Shown: piece by piece, positions 52,833-63,190 of the stretch
Layout: each line of letters starts with the position of its first letter
How positions within the stretch are numbered: position 1 is the stretch's first letter
Translations under genes and position numbers: made by a program
Virus record (IMG/VR): IMGVR_UViG_3300027917_000001
Origin: an uncultured virus (IMG/VR IMGVR_UViG_3300027917_000001)
Taxonomy: Duplodnaviria; Heunggongvirae; Uroviricota; Caudoviricetes
Strand: one strand, 5' to 3'
DNA length: 64,000 nucleotides
The notes under the pieces: model-generated
What the model saw: the letters and a program-made list of their open reading frames with translations, nothing else
The model's database searches: none
What the model was told of the DNA's origin: nothing

Positions 52833-53422
52833 TGTCAATCGTTGAGAATGACATCAGGCTCATGCGGCGCATGCTGGTCTTGCGTCAAGTGAACGACGAC
52901 TTCGGTTTACAGAAGATCGAAAAGCACTTGCGTAATGTACGCAAACTGTCGTTCAACTTGCGATCGCCGGAATCTCAGAGCACATTCCTGAACCGCCTGC
53001 AACCAAACGAACGATGGCTGGCACAGCAGTTCGGCTTTGTTGAGCTGCCAGACTACCACGACACCGTGTTCCTCAACTCGCGCTGGGCAAACCCGGCCAC
53101 GCTCTACGTCAGGCTCGTGGAGCCTGTCTCCGGGTTGCAGGAATACGGAGAGATCATGTACATGCCGCCCGAGATCGAACGTGTCTGGCATGAGATCGAA
53201 CGAGCGACACACACGCTGTACTCGCAACTCTTCGCACCTAGGGTGCATTCTGCGATAGAAGGTGGACGCATGGAAGTAGAGCTGCCGAAGCAAGTGACTG
53301 GCAAGGTGCTGCGAGTAGCGATCAAACGCTACTTCAAATACCTGTGGCACAGGGTACGGAAGTTCTTTGCACGCACCATGAGAAGAATGGCGATATGGCG
53401 CCGGGATAGGAAAAGAACCTAA
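52832..53422 (+). CDS. Hypothetical protein
   Basis: TAATG-coupled on both sides. Confidence 0.55.
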   Translation: MSIVENDIRLMRRMLVLRQVNDDFGLQKIEKHLRNVRKLSFNLRSPESQSTFLNRLQPNERWLAQQFGFVELPDYHDTVFLNSRWANPATLYVRLVEPVSGLQEYGEIMYMPPEIERVWHEIERATHTLYSQLFAPRVHSAIEGGRMEVELPKQVTGKVLRVAIKRYFKYLWHRVRKFFARTMRRMAIWRRDRKRT

Positions 53423-56259
53423 TGACGGCAGTATCAGTTTCGTTTGACGGTACACGGCTCTCTGACGCTGAGACTGAATCCTCTGGCGGTGTGTGGGACG
53501 ACTGGAGCGCGGCAACGTCACCAACCCAAGAAACTGACGTTGTTATCCAGAATACGTACTGCATGTCGAACAAGGTTAGCTCAACACAGGGTGGCGTAGA
53601 GTTCGAGGACGATGCTGGTGTAGACTACTCCACAACACCACGTGTGGTCATTGCCAAGATCAATGTGACCACATACGGCATCATGGGTGGTCAGCACGAT
53701 TCACCTGCCGGGCTCAAGTACCAGATCGGTTCTGGTACACACGCGACCAACGTCATTGACTATCACGTTGCCGGTAATGACTACTATCCAGTGACTGGTG
53801 GCTGGTTGATTTTGTGCATCGACCCCAACGTACTGGCATGGCGTGATGTCGTGACAGGTACGCCGTCCCTGACTGGTATCGATTACTACGGACTTGCCGC
53901 AGACATGACGGCGAGTGCTAAGACCGATAACGTCATGCACGACGCACTCGATTGGATACCATCTGGTGGCGGCTTGACGCTCTCTGGTGGCAGCGACACT
54001 GACCCGGACGGGACCTTTCAGGACTTCATCGACTACGACGAAGGGAACTACCTCAACCGGTATGGCATTGTCTTCACGGCGGCTCAGGCTTTGCTTGTCA
54101 GGGGTACGCTGACGATTGGAGACGCCAGCGAAACTGACTTCACTGACGAGAACAGGGTGCTGTTCTTCCCGAAGGACTACATGCTCGTAGACGAGGGTTT
54201 CTTCGGTCTGAAGTGTGACCTTCAGGCCAGTGGTACAGCCATCACCATCAATTCAACCGTGATGCAGGGGAACCATCAGGACGACTTCGTTGCCTTCTTC
54301 GATACCGAGTACGAAGTGGACGGCACCAACGAAGAACTGGATCTGACGGCCCATGATTTCGTGACCGGTGACTACGTACAGTACAGGAAGCAAGGTGGCT
54401 CCGAGGCGATTGGACTCACCGACAACAGTTACTATTGGGTGGAGGTCATTACAGCCAACTCGATCTGTCTGCACACGTCGCGGGCGAACGCCTTTGCCGC
54501 AGCGACACCTGTTGGCCTGACGGCATCGACTACTGGCAACGGCGAGGAGCATCTGATCCAGCGTTACCCGGACCTGAGGCCGGATCTCACAATCTCGGGT
54601 GCGACTGGATATGCAGTATTCGACGGGTGCACGTTCATCAGGTTCAGGAATATCAAGACCACTAGCACCTGCACGATCAAGGACTCCAAGATGGTCTATC
54701 CAGACTACTTGGACCTGACGACCAGTGGTGGATTCTTACTGCGCAATTTATTCCAATTCCCAGCGACCGTGCGCGGAGAGTCGTTCATCGTATGCGATGA
54801 TCTCGGAGATATTGATTCGTGTGCGTTTGTCTCCGGTGGAGAAGGACATGCCATTGAGATAGACACGGCTACGGCCGGCGTGGCATTTTACGCCACCACG
54901 TTCGACTTGTACTTTGATGGTGACGAGGACAACACGGGCGGTATTTCGTTCAATCCGTCCACTGACATAGACGATACAAACGATGAGATCGACTACACGT
55001 CGCATCCACTTAATACTGGTGATCCCATCTACTACAGTGACGAAGGCGGAACACCAGTTAGCGGGTTGACGGATGGCAGTCTATACTACGCACGATACGT
55101 AACTGCCAGCTCATTCAGCTTGCATCCGACGCTATATGCCGCCACTAATGGTGTCAACAAAATTGCGATCAGTACCGGATCGAACGAGACGCACAAGTTC
55201 TACAGTGCGAACGCCGCGATTCACAACAGCTCTGGTGGGCACGTGACAATCAACGTGCAGGACGCTGGTGACTCGCCATCGGTTCGCAACAGCAACGGGT
55301 CAACGACGACTGTCAACAACACGGTGACACTCTCGGTAACCAACGTGCGCGGCGGTAGTCAGGTCTCGATCCGCAAGGCATCGGATAACAGCGAGATCAT
55401 GAACAAGGAGGCCGTCCCGACGAGCCGGTTCTGGAGTGAGAAATTTGAGGACACAGGATACGACGAAACGTGGAGCGGGTCCGAAGTTGTCGGTGGCAGT
55501 TCGACGTTTGATGAGGACTACGCTGTCTCCAGCGTGACCGGTGCACCGAGCGACTGGGAAGACGAATGTCTACAAGTCGTGACCGCATCGACTGAGAACG
55601 CCTACATCGAAAACACGTTCGGTTCCGACAAGGGTGGACCGAACTACTTCAGATGTGAGGTAATCGTGGATTCGGAATCGTTGGGTACGAGCACCGGAGT
55701 AACGTTTGCTCGCGGCGCTACCAGCACACCGAACACGATGTGGGAGTTGTCGATCTACCAGAATGCCAGCGACGATCTCGTGATCCGTGCCAACATCCGG
55801 CATGACGGTAGCGATAACTTCTATGAGTCCGATCCGATCAGTCTTGATACACGATACATCGTTGAAGTGTACTGGGACGAGATAGCGGACGAATGGGCAT
55901 GGCGCATTGGAGACGAAGACTGGACGATCACAACGCTGTACAGCGGATCGCTGACTAGCACGGCGGCGACATGGGTACTTCGCACGGTCAGGATGGGAAC
56001 GACGGCAGCGGGTGGCGTAGTGACCTACTACCTCGACTGCTTCGAGATAGACGACACAGATTGGGTGAAGTCCTCTGACGGGCTCACCAGCGTGTCGAAG
56101 ACAGACTACAACTATACAGGCGAAACGGCAGTATACGTCTACGTAAGACGTTCAAGCCGTACTCCGAAATACAAGACGTGGACAGGCGGCGGTAACATCG
56201 TCAGTACCGGCCTGAGCGTGCAAGCGGCCCAAGTCCGGGACGACGTTGCAGCACCGTAA
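53422..56259 (+). CDS. Large acidic virion appendage protein
   Basis: 945 aa, Thr/Asp/Gly-rich, duplicated ~70-aa domain. Confidence 0.65.
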   Translation: MTAVSVSFDGTRLSDAETESSGGVWDDWSAATSPTQETDVVIQNTYCMSNKVSSTQGGVEFEDDAGVDYSTTPRVVIAKINVTTYGIMGGQHDSPAGLKYQIGSGTHATNVIDYHVAGNDYYPVTGGWLILCIDPNVLAWRDVVTGTPSLTGIDYYGLAADMTASAKTDNVMHDALDWIPSGGGLTLSGGSDTDPDGTFQDFIDYDEGNYLNRYGIVFTAAQALLVRGTLTIGDASETDFTDENRVLFFPKDYMLVDEGFFGLKCDLQASGTAITINSTVMQGNHQDDFVAFFDTEYEVDGTNEELDLTAHDFVTGDYVQYRKQGGSEAIGLTDNSYYWVEVITANSICLHTSRANAFAAATPVGLTASTTGNGEEHLIQRYPDLRPDLTISGATGYAVFDGCTFIRFRNIKTTSTCTIKDSKMVYPDYLDLTTSGGFLLRNLFQFPATVRGESFIVCDDLGDIDSCAFVSGGEGHAIEIDTATAGVAFYATTFDLYFDGDEDNTGGISFNPSTDIDDTNDEIDYTSHPLNTGDPIYYSDEGGTPVSGLTDGSLYYARYVTASSFSLHPTLYAATNGVNKIAISTGSNETHKFYSANAAIHNSSGGHVTINVQDAGDSPSVRNSNGSTTTVNNTVTLSVTNVRGGSQVSIRKASDNSEIMNKEAVPTSRFWSEKFEDTGYDETWSGSEVVGGSSTFDEDYAVSSVTGAPSDWEDECLQVVTASTENAYIENTFGSDKGGPNYFRCEVIVDSESLGTSTGVTFARGATSTPNTMWELSIYQNASDDLVIRANIRHDGSDNFYESDPISLDTRYIVEVYWDEIADEWAWRIGDEDWTITTLYSGSLTSTAATWVLRTVRMGTTAAGGVVTYYLDCFEIDDTDWVKSSDGLTSVSKTDYNYTGETAVYVYVRRSSRTPKYKTWTGGGNIVSTGLSVQAAQVRDDVAAP

Positions 56260-56279
56260 CCTAACAGGAGATACTTACT

Positions 56280-58673
56280 ATGGCGATCCAAGATGATTTT
56301 GTAATCAACTACCCCAACAAGGTGTTCTACTACAACGGTGGGTTCACCAATGGAATCCCGGATTCCACATACACCGCGAACCAGTTGTACTCGTGGCTCA
56401 TGAACGTGTACGACGAACCCGTTCAGATGGACAACCTTGAGCCAATGGAGGGGAAGACGGACGTGAACTACGAGATCATCAATCGCTGGTTCACCGATCC
56501 GACTAGCATGAAGTCACTCACAGGCGGCGCCATGAAGACCAACGGCTGGACGTTCAATGCGACGGCTGACCGCGATGGTCACTATGGAATCACCGAACTG
56601 GACTACAGCGACGACGGTTCACCAACAGAAGGGAACGACGGCTATACTGATCTTGGTACAGTACTGACCGGTGGTGGGTCCGGTGCGACTGGTATTCTCC
56701 TGTGGGCCGACACGACGAACAGCAAACTGTACGTCCGTAACACCAATGGCACTCAGTTCCAAAACGCGGAGGCTGTGACCGGCACCGGCTGGAACATCGA
56801 CACGAATGCGACAAGCGGCTTCGAGTCCGGTGAGCACCTGTGGGCGAACGTATACACGATCGGCTCGATCGAGCCCGATACGGACATCTACATCTATCAG
56901 GGCAAGCCCGGCGACACATACGATCCGACACCGAACAAGCTGACGAGTTGGTGGGCTGACGGCCATATCGACGTGCTCGTGAAGGTCATGGAGCATAACA
57001 ACTACTTCGACAGTGGTTATGCTACAGTCTATGCTCGACAGTTCAGCGCGACATATAGCCATTTCGAGGCCAACCTATCTGGTGGTGGTCGTAACCCTGC
57101 ACCACTTTCGGCTGGCGAGGACCTCAACTCGCAGACCGGTTACCGCACGATCAGTACCGGTGCATGGAGTGGCCCATTCACGGACGGTGAGATCATCACT
57201 GGCGGAACGTCCGGTGCCAAGGGTATCTACATGGGTGGAACTGTCGATACATCCATCCAGTACGGTCTCGTCGGCAAAGACCTGACAGACTTCCAGAGCG
57301 GCGAAGTGATCACGGGAGAAGACTCGACAGAGACCGCAACGTCTTCGAGTGGTCCATCCAACTATGGACCAGCTCTCCTGTCCGACGTGACGATCTCATT
57401 CGGGGCCACGACCGAAGACATCAACAACGGTAATGGTTCACGGAAATATTCCGTCCGCATCGATCCGTCCGACAACCCAATCGAAGAAGTCTATGAGCGC
57501 TTGCAATATGTGACCCGGCGCGGTTCGACCGACCAGTTTGGTACCGGCGCGTCGTACGACGAGAACGGTGAAGCGTACTACGGCAATCAGGTTCGACTCT
57601 ATGTCACCGAGACCGTCGCGTGGACAGAGGGTGACTTGTTGACCGGTGGTTCGTCCGGTGCGACTGGCGTGATCGTGGCCTACCACGACGACGGTGGCAC
57701 GGGCCAGCTGATCCTCTGTCAGGTACGCGGGACGTTCTCGACCGAGACTGTGACCGACGAAGGCTCTGGTACCGGTACTGTCACTACGGTGGAAAGTATC
57801 GCACCGGTACCTGCTGCTCCATTCGGTACATTCGCTGGCGGTAAGTTCTTCGGAGCCCCCGGCGTTTGCCTAACCACGGCGAACCTAGCAGCTGGTGACG
57901 AACAGGCTTACCAGCTCGTTGACGACCTTGGCGTGACACAACAGCCGCCTAACACCGTGTCCGTGTCCGTCACGGGTACGAAGACTGGCGATCGTGTTGC
58001 CGTGTTCCGTCTACAAGGTGATGGCCTGCCGATCGACAAGGCTGAGTACGGCGCTACCGTGCAATCGCCCGGAGCAACAACTATTGTGGCCGATTCTTCG
58101 ATCACTGGCGATACACCGACCGCTGGTTATGTGCGTGTCATCGATGACGACAACTCAAACAAGCGCGAGGCGCGACTCCGCTACACGAGCTATACGAGCG
58201 CGACGTTTACACTGGCTACCTCGGTGACTGGATCGGCAACTTCTGGATCTTCAGGTGATACTCTGATAGATACCGGTGCGGACTTTGGTGGTGCGGATGA
58301 CGTGCGTGTGGGCGATGTGATCCGCGACACGACTGGTGGCGGCTGGGGGTACGTTGTATCAATCGACTCCACGCAGCAACTTACGACTCAGGCTGCTGAT
58401 GGCGAGACGCTTTCTTGGGCGCCCAGTGATGGCTATGACACCAACGTTCTGCCATTCACTACTACGACTTCGGACGACATCTATGTGCCGTTCATTGATG
58501 CTGTACGTATCGCTGACGGAGACGAGACGAACCAGCTGGTGTGGAGTGCGACGATCTACATCTCGGTGCGCTTGAGACAGAAGGGTATCAAACCGTTCAT
58601 TCAGGACACGACCATACCGAGTGGCGGGCGAAGCGTAGCCGCCATTCGTACAACCGACGAGGTGGTTACCTAA
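56280..58673 (+). CDS. Large virion appendage protein
   Basis: 797 aa; repeated 'G..LTGG.SGA.G' motifs. Confidence 0.65.
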   Translation: MAIQDDFVINYPNKVFYYNGGFTNGIPDSTYTANQLYSWLMNVYDEPVQMDNLEPMEGKTDVNYEIINRWFTDPTSMKSLTGGAMKTNGWTFNATADRDGHYGITELDYSDDGSPTEGNDGYTDLGTVLTGGGSGATGILLWADTTNSKLYVRNTNGTQFQNAEAVTGTGWNIDTNATSGFESGEHLWANVYTIGSIEPDTDIYIYQGKPGDTYDPTPNKLTSWWADGHIDVLVKVMEHNNYFDSGYATVYARQFSATYSHFEANLSGGGRNPAPLSAGEDLNSQTGYRTISTGAWSGPFTDGEIITGGTSGAKGIYMGGTVDTSIQYGLVGKDLTDFQSGEVITGEDSTETATSSSGPSNYGPALLSDVTISFGATTEDINNGNGSRKYSVRIDPSDNPIEEVYERLQYVTRRGSTDQFGTGASYDENGEAYYGNQVRLYVTETVAWTEGDLLTGGSSGATGVIVAYHDDGGTGQLILCQVRGTFSTETVTDEGSGTGTVTTVESIAPVPAAPFGTFAGGKFFGAPGVCLTTANLAAGDEQAYQLVDDLGVTQQPPNTVSVSVTGTKTGDRVAVFRLQGDGLPIDKAEYGATVQSPGATTIVADSSITGDTPTAGYVRVIDDDNSNKREARLRYTSYTSATFTLATSVTGSATSGSSGDTLIDTGADFGGADDVRVGDVIRDTTGGGWGYVVSIDSTQQLTTQAADGETLSWAPSDGYDTNVLPFTTTTSDDIYVPFIDAVRIADGDETNQLVWSATIYISVRLRQKGIKPFIQDTTIPSGGRSVAAIRTTDEVVT

Positions 58674-59047
58674 TGGCCAACTCTTGGCGCGATGGGGGCA
58701 TCCATATCGTGGTGCTCCCCATCCATCCAAACGACAGCAAGGAGTTCCACCTGTATGACAAGGCCGCACTCCTCGAACAGATCACGCAGACCCAGATTAA
58801 TATCGAGATCTTTGAAGGGGAGATCGGTAAGCTACGGGATCGTATTGTGATGCTGCAAGGTCAGGTAGAGGAGTGTGACGAACGTGATCGTGCGATTGCT
58901 GCCTACGAGAAGGAGGTCAAGCAGGCAAGGAAGAAACACGGTGACGCTGTGGTGGACGAGGCTTTGAAGCAGCAGAAAGAGGCGCTGAGGAATGGCAACG
59001 CTAGAGTTTCATCCGGGCGATCTATCGGCTCCGTTCGTACTGGTTAA
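58673..59047 (+). CDS. Coiled-coil protein (possible chaperone)
   Basis: Start reassigned to ATG 58673 (TAATG coupling). Confidence 0.5.
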   Translation: MANSWRDGGIHIVVLPIHPNDSKEFHLYDKAALLEQITQTQINIEIFEGEIGKLRDRIVMLQGQVEECDERDRAIAAYEKEVKQARKKHGDAVVDEALKQQKEALRNGNARVSSGRSIGSVRTG

Positions 59048-59630
59048 GTCGCCCGCCACGGAGGTCACGATACAGGAGATCTATGACGGTGCACAGGACT
59101 GGCTTGACGAACCCGTGAACATGTCCATAGATCACTTCGTGGAAGCTGCCGGTAAGGATCTTTTGGACGCCGGTCCACCGGAGAAGCGAGTGGGTGTTAC
59201 GTTGCGTCTCCTGCACGATTGGCGAATCAAGTTCGAGGACCGAGCCGGCCCGACAGTGGAGATATGCAGGATCTCTGGTGGCAACCTCGTGACGACCAAC
59301 AGTTTCGGGAACAACCCGATCTATGCGTCCGACTATGTGTTCGCAACCTATGAAGCGGCCACGTCTCCAACGATCGTCGGGGTGGGAACACCGACCGAGA
59401 TCGCGGACGCAGTATTGGGTGAGACAATGACAGAGCTGACTGGTGACCCGGGAGCCACGCCTACGTTCAGGCAGATCTTCACTTTGATCTTCATGACGCT
59501 GCGGAACAAGAGTACGCAGGATGGTAGTTGGCTCAAGATCTTCAACAATGCCGGGACGGCGATTATCAAGTCTGCTGTCAGTGACATTGCCGGCGTCTTC
59601 ACAAGGGACAAGATGCAGGATGGTCCATAA
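58992..59630 (+). CDS. Putative structural protein
   Basis: 212 aa; 'EIADAV' motif. Confidence 0.55.
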   Translation: MATLEFHPGDLSAPFVLVKSPATEVTIQEIYDGAQDWLDEPVNMSIDHFVEAAGKDLLDAGPPEKRVGVTLRLLHDWRIKFEDRAGPTVEICRISGGNLVTTNSFGNNPIYASDYVFATYEAATSPTIVGVGTPTEIADAVLGETMTELTGDPGATPTFRQIFTLIFMTLRNKSTQDGSWLKIFNNAGTAIIKSAVSDIAGVFTRDKMQDGP

Positions 59631-59999
59631 GTGGCGATCGACACCGCAAACAAACGTGCTTCGACGTACCAGCACATACTGGTGCAGCCGTTACCGTTTC
59701 CAGATGGTTCGGTCGATACAGGGGACAAGCAACATGTCATGGGTCTGTATCGCACGACCCTGACAGTACTGGTTGGAAAGTCACTCCAAATGTTGTGGGA
59801 CCTTGGTGGTCTTGCCAACAGAAGCTTGAACATGCTTTGGGACATGGGTGGTGTTACCGGCCGCAGTCTGACGGTCGTTTATGATATGGGTGGCGTTGCG
59901 GGCAGAAGTCTGCAAATGGTATGGGACATTGGGGTTGGGGCAGCTAAGAAGTTCAAGAGGTTGTACTTCTGGTGGCTGGGGCCTCATCAGGGTACCTAA
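59631..59999 (+). CDS. Protein with four 14-aa tandem repeats
   Basis: (G/N)(K/R)SL.(M/V).(W/Y)D.G... repeated four times. Confidence 0.55.
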   Translation: MAIDTANKRASTYQHILVQPLPFPDGSVDTGDKQHVMGLYRTTLTVLVGKSLQMLWDLGGLANRSLNMLWDMGGVTGRSLTVVYDMGGVAGRSLQMVWDIGVGAAKKFKRLYFWWLGPHQGT

Positions 60000-60000
60000 T

Positions 60001-60318
60001 ATGATAACATTTCCTGATCACGTCGCAATGCTTGTCGGGGTGCTGGCGATCGTCGCGTTCCTGTTCAAGGGCATAGCTGTGATTATCCAAATTGGTCGCT
60101 CGTGGGAAGCGATCCAGCAACAGGTAAGCAACCACATACCGACAGCATTAAACGACATCAAGCTGCGTCTCGATTCTCTCGACTGCAAGTTGAGAAAGCA
60201 CGAACGACGCGAAGAGAGATACCTGAAGATCATAGCGCACTACATGCGCGATGACGATTCGCTCATTAACGAGTTGATCGAGGACGACAATGGCCGAGGG
60301 TCCAACAAGAGTTCCTAG
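60001..60318 (+). CDS. TM plus coiled-coil protein (holin/XhlA-like)
   Basis: N-terminal TM; start reassigned to ATG 60001. Confidence 0.45.
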   Translation: MITFPDHVAMLVGVLAIVAFLFKGIAVIIQIGRSWEAIQQQVSNHIPTALNDIKLRLDSLDCKLRKHERREERYLKIIAHYMRDDDSLINELIEDDNGRGSNKSS

Positions 60319-62332
60319 TGTACCGGCAGTTGTAGGTGTACCCAACGAGTTGCTCGACTGGCTGCATCTATTACGCGTACGCATGGACGAGACCGTTGGC
60401 GCTGGTGGAGAACCCGGAGAGGGACTCGATACCGAGTTCACCGACCTGACGGATCTCGATTACTTGCGGTACAGCGAGAGCGCCCTTGCGTGGGTGAACG
60501 TCACGATTGATGATATTGCCACGCATCACGGTGTCGCCAACAATACGATCCCGAAATTTAGCACAGGCAACGGGTTCGTTGATTCTCTGATAACTGATAA
60601 CGGTGTAACGGTCAGTGTGAACGCTGGGCTGTATGTCGAAGGCACGCTCAATCTGAATACCGCTGATATGTACATTGACACAGGCTACTCTATTCGTGAT
60701 GAGAGCAACCTGTACCATGCGTTCATGCCTAGGGCAGCAGCAGACCAACTCCTCGTTCGTAGTCCCGGGAATGTCGTGATCCAGATCGACGCCGACAATA
60801 ACGCGACAACCAACTTCTTCGAGATTCGCCACGACGCCAGTACATACAGTGGCGGGACGTCACTCTTCAAGATCTCTGAAGATGAAACTGTGGTTATAGG
60901 TACCCTGCACATTAATCCAGCGGACACACCAGCACTAGCAGATGGTGGTGTCAAAGAATCACTGCTCAGGTGGCGTGGTTACTACGACTCAGATCCCACT
61001 GGTAGTATCATTACCAGCACGAGGGATATCACGGCTAGAATTGAGATGGACTATGCCGCTGCCGCTGGCGAGTACAGGCTTGCGTTCATCAACGATTCAA
61101 GTGAGGAGTTCTTCACCCTTGAGGGTGACACGAAGCGTGTAGGTATTAACACGTCAACGCCAGATGTCGAACTGGACATCCTTGGAGACATGCAACTGGT
61201 TGATACCGGAGCCAGTAGCTCAACCTCAGGTCCAATTATATCACTATACGAAGACGATGGTGCCGCCATCGGTATCGACCACAGGATGGGTGCACTATGT
61301 TTCGGTGCAGCGTACGATGCCAGTGGCAACCGCTCATGTGGTGCTATGGTAGCTGCTGCCGCCGATGAGGCTTGGAGCAGCACAGTTAGAGCAACAAGAC
61401 TTGAGTTCTGGGTTACAGAAGAGGAACCGACGTACACAACCCCATATCTTGCGTGGTATATTGACGAAAGCGGTAATTTGCTCTCCGCTACAGACGAGAC
61501 TCCCGCTGGTTGGACTTCTGGCAGGATCACCATGAAAAACAATCGTGCTATATTCGCACGTAATTTTAATGACACTGGCAGTTACCCGTTGATTTACTTG
61601 TCATCTAGTAATCATATAATATTAGGTGCACCACCAACTAGCTGTGACATTCAGTTGATACTCAATAACACAACGCCCGGGAAAGTATATATACCATATG
61701 GCAACTTTCAGGTACTTGCTAGTGGAACATACTCACTAACCGGACCATATACCGTTCGTATCGCTGACAAGTCAACCAACAATGGTCTGGTCGTTGAGAA
61801 AGACACTGGGTACATAGAGATTGTCGCCGCCATCAACGCTGATACAACTGGCGAATGGTGCGGGATTGGTGGTATGGTACACAGCACGGGTGCTGGCATG
61901 CCATACTTCTACCTATGGGCTCCCGGTGGCAACTATGGTACGCCAGCGGCCACGCAGGCAAGCAAAGTACTTGGTGAGATTCAGGCTGGTGGATGGGCTG
62001 CGACTGTCGGATATGCTGCGATCGGTGCAAAGATTCAGTTCATTAATCCCATAGCCAGTGTCTGGGCAAACGGAGACACTCCGGGTGCCATCGTATTCTA
62101 TGCCACAGAAGATGGCAGCGGTACTCCTACTGAAGTACTGCGGTTGGGTGACGGTGCTAAGATTGGCATGTATGGAGTCACACCAGTCTCCCGCGCCTCT
62201 GCATTAACATCAGCCGACGCTAGTACAGTAGACACGACCTATGGCAGTGAAGAGGCTGCTGTCATAGCTAACAACCGTACCCGTATTGGCGAGATCGAGA
62301 CAGCACTCCAAAACATCGGAATCATCAACTAG
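60290..62332 (+). CDS. Tail fibre protein
   Basis: Beta-rich fibre motifs 'RVGINTSTP...LDI.G'; C-terminal '..ALQNIGII'. Confidence 0.75.
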   Translation: MAEGPTRVPSVPAVVGVPNELLDWLHLLRVRMDETVGAGGEPGEGLDTEFTDLTDLDYLRYSESALAWVNVTIDDIATHHGVANNTIPKFSTGNGFVDSLITDNGVTVSVNAGLYVEGTLNLNTADMYIDTGYSIRDESNLYHAFMPRAAADQLLVRSPGNVVIQIDADNNATTNFFEIRHDASTYSGGTSLFKISEDETVVIGTLHINPADTPALADGGVKESLLRWRGYYDSDPTGSIITSTRDITARIEMDYAAAAGEYRLAFINDSSEEFFTLEGDTKRVGINTSTPDVELDILGDMQLVDTGASSSTSGPIISLYEDDGAAIGIDHRMGALCFGAAYDASGNRSCGAMVAAAADEAWSSTVRATRLEFWVTEEEPTYTTPYLAWYIDESGNLLSATDETPAGWTSGRITMKNNRAIFARNFNDTGSYPLIYLSSSNHIILGAPPTSCDIQLILNNTTPGKVYIPYGNFQVLASGTYSLTGPYTVRIADKSTNNGLVVEKDTGYIEIVAAINADTTGEWCGIGGMVHSTGAGMPYFYLWAPGGNYGTPAATQASKVLGEIQAGGWAATVGYAAIGAKIQFINPIASVWANGDTPGAIVFYATEDGSGTPTEVLRLGDGAKIGMYGVTPVSRASALTSADASTVDTTYGSEEAAVIANNRTRIGEIETALQNIGIIN

Positions 62333-62335
62333 GGC

Positions 62336-62364
62336 TTGACAAAGCATACAACCTTTGCTATATT
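62336..62364 (+). promoter_or_regulatory. Sigma70-type promoter
   Basis: TTGACA-N17-TATATT, extended TG. Confidence 0.8.
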
Positions 62365-62375
62365 AGGGACCAGAC

Positions 62376-62594
62376 ATGGCTACGAGAAGAATTGCACGGT
62401 TCATGACGCACTACGACGAGAACGACGAGCTAGCGTCGATCGAACCTGTCGGCCTGATTACGACTACTGAAGGATACATAGTCAGGGAGACATACTTCCA
62501 GATGAAGGATGATCTGCCCCCGGGCCTGATTGTAGCGCTCGATCAGATCCTTCAGCAAATCGAGAGCCACATTGACGACGAGTTCCCACTGTAG
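62376..62594 (+). CDS. Small acidic protein (possible tail-fibre accessory)
   Basis: 72 aa immediately after the promoter. Confidence 0.5.
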   Translation: MATRRIARFMTHYDENDELASIEPVGLITTTEGYIVRETYFQMKDDLPPGLIVALDQILQQIESHIDDEFPL

Positions 62595-62602
62595 GAGGAT
62601 TT

Positions 62603-63016
62603 GTGAAGAAGCTTACGATTGACGGCAATGACCTGTGGCGTCTGAATACGGCGCACAACATCTTGACCGGACAGTTGCAGGGCATAGAGCCGATCAGGCT
62701 TGGCGGGAAGGTTGCATTGTGGGCCGTCCGTAACAAGAGTATCGTCAAGCTGTACTTCAGTGACCTCGAAGCGGCACGGAACGCGTTGATCGAGCAGCAC
62801 TTCCTACCTGACGAGAACGGAAAAAAGCAGTACGACGACGACGGTCGCTTGATCGTTAGGGATCAGGAAGTGTTCGACCGTGAGATCGAGGAGATGTTTG
62901 CACAGACCTATACATTTGAGCTGCATCCTGCGACCGAGGAAATGATCGACTCGATAGAGCCACACGCACTGCTGGCCATAGCACTGGACATACTGATCGA
63001 CATTGGTACCCTATAG
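62603..63016 (+). CDS. Tail-fibre-associated chaperone-like protein
   Basis: AGGAGG RBS; 'R..LIE....DENG...F..E..E'. Confidence 0.5.
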   Translation: MKKLTIDGNDLWRLNTAHNILTGQLQGIEPIRLGGKVALWAVRNKSIVKLYFSDLEAARNALIEQHFLPDENGKKQYDDDGRLIVRDQEVFDREIEEMFAQTYTFELHPATEEMIDSIEPHALLAIALDILIDIGTL

Positions 63017-63019
63017 CCC

Positions 63020-63048
63020 TTGACAAATTGCTCAAGTTGTGTTATATT
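63020..63048 (+). promoter_or_regulatory. Sigma70-type promoter for scaffold/capsid
   Basis: TTGACA-N17-TATATT, extended TG. Confidence 0.85.
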
Positions 63049-63125
63049 GTAGGCTAGTCTGTAAGATGGCTTGCTGCCAGTCTGGCAGACCACACAACTA
63101 GAGCCCGTCCGAAGAGGACCATCAG

Positions 63126-63162
63126 AGGCGCTCCGCACGAAGCGGGGCGCCTTGCTTTGTTT
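63126..63162 (+). terminator. Terminator-like hairpin in the scaffold leader
   Basis: AGGCGCTCCGC-ACGAA-GCGGGGCGCCT followed by TGCTTTGTTT. Confidence 0.6.
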
Positions 63163-63190
63163 CAGGCAACCACAGGAAAGGACCTGCAAA

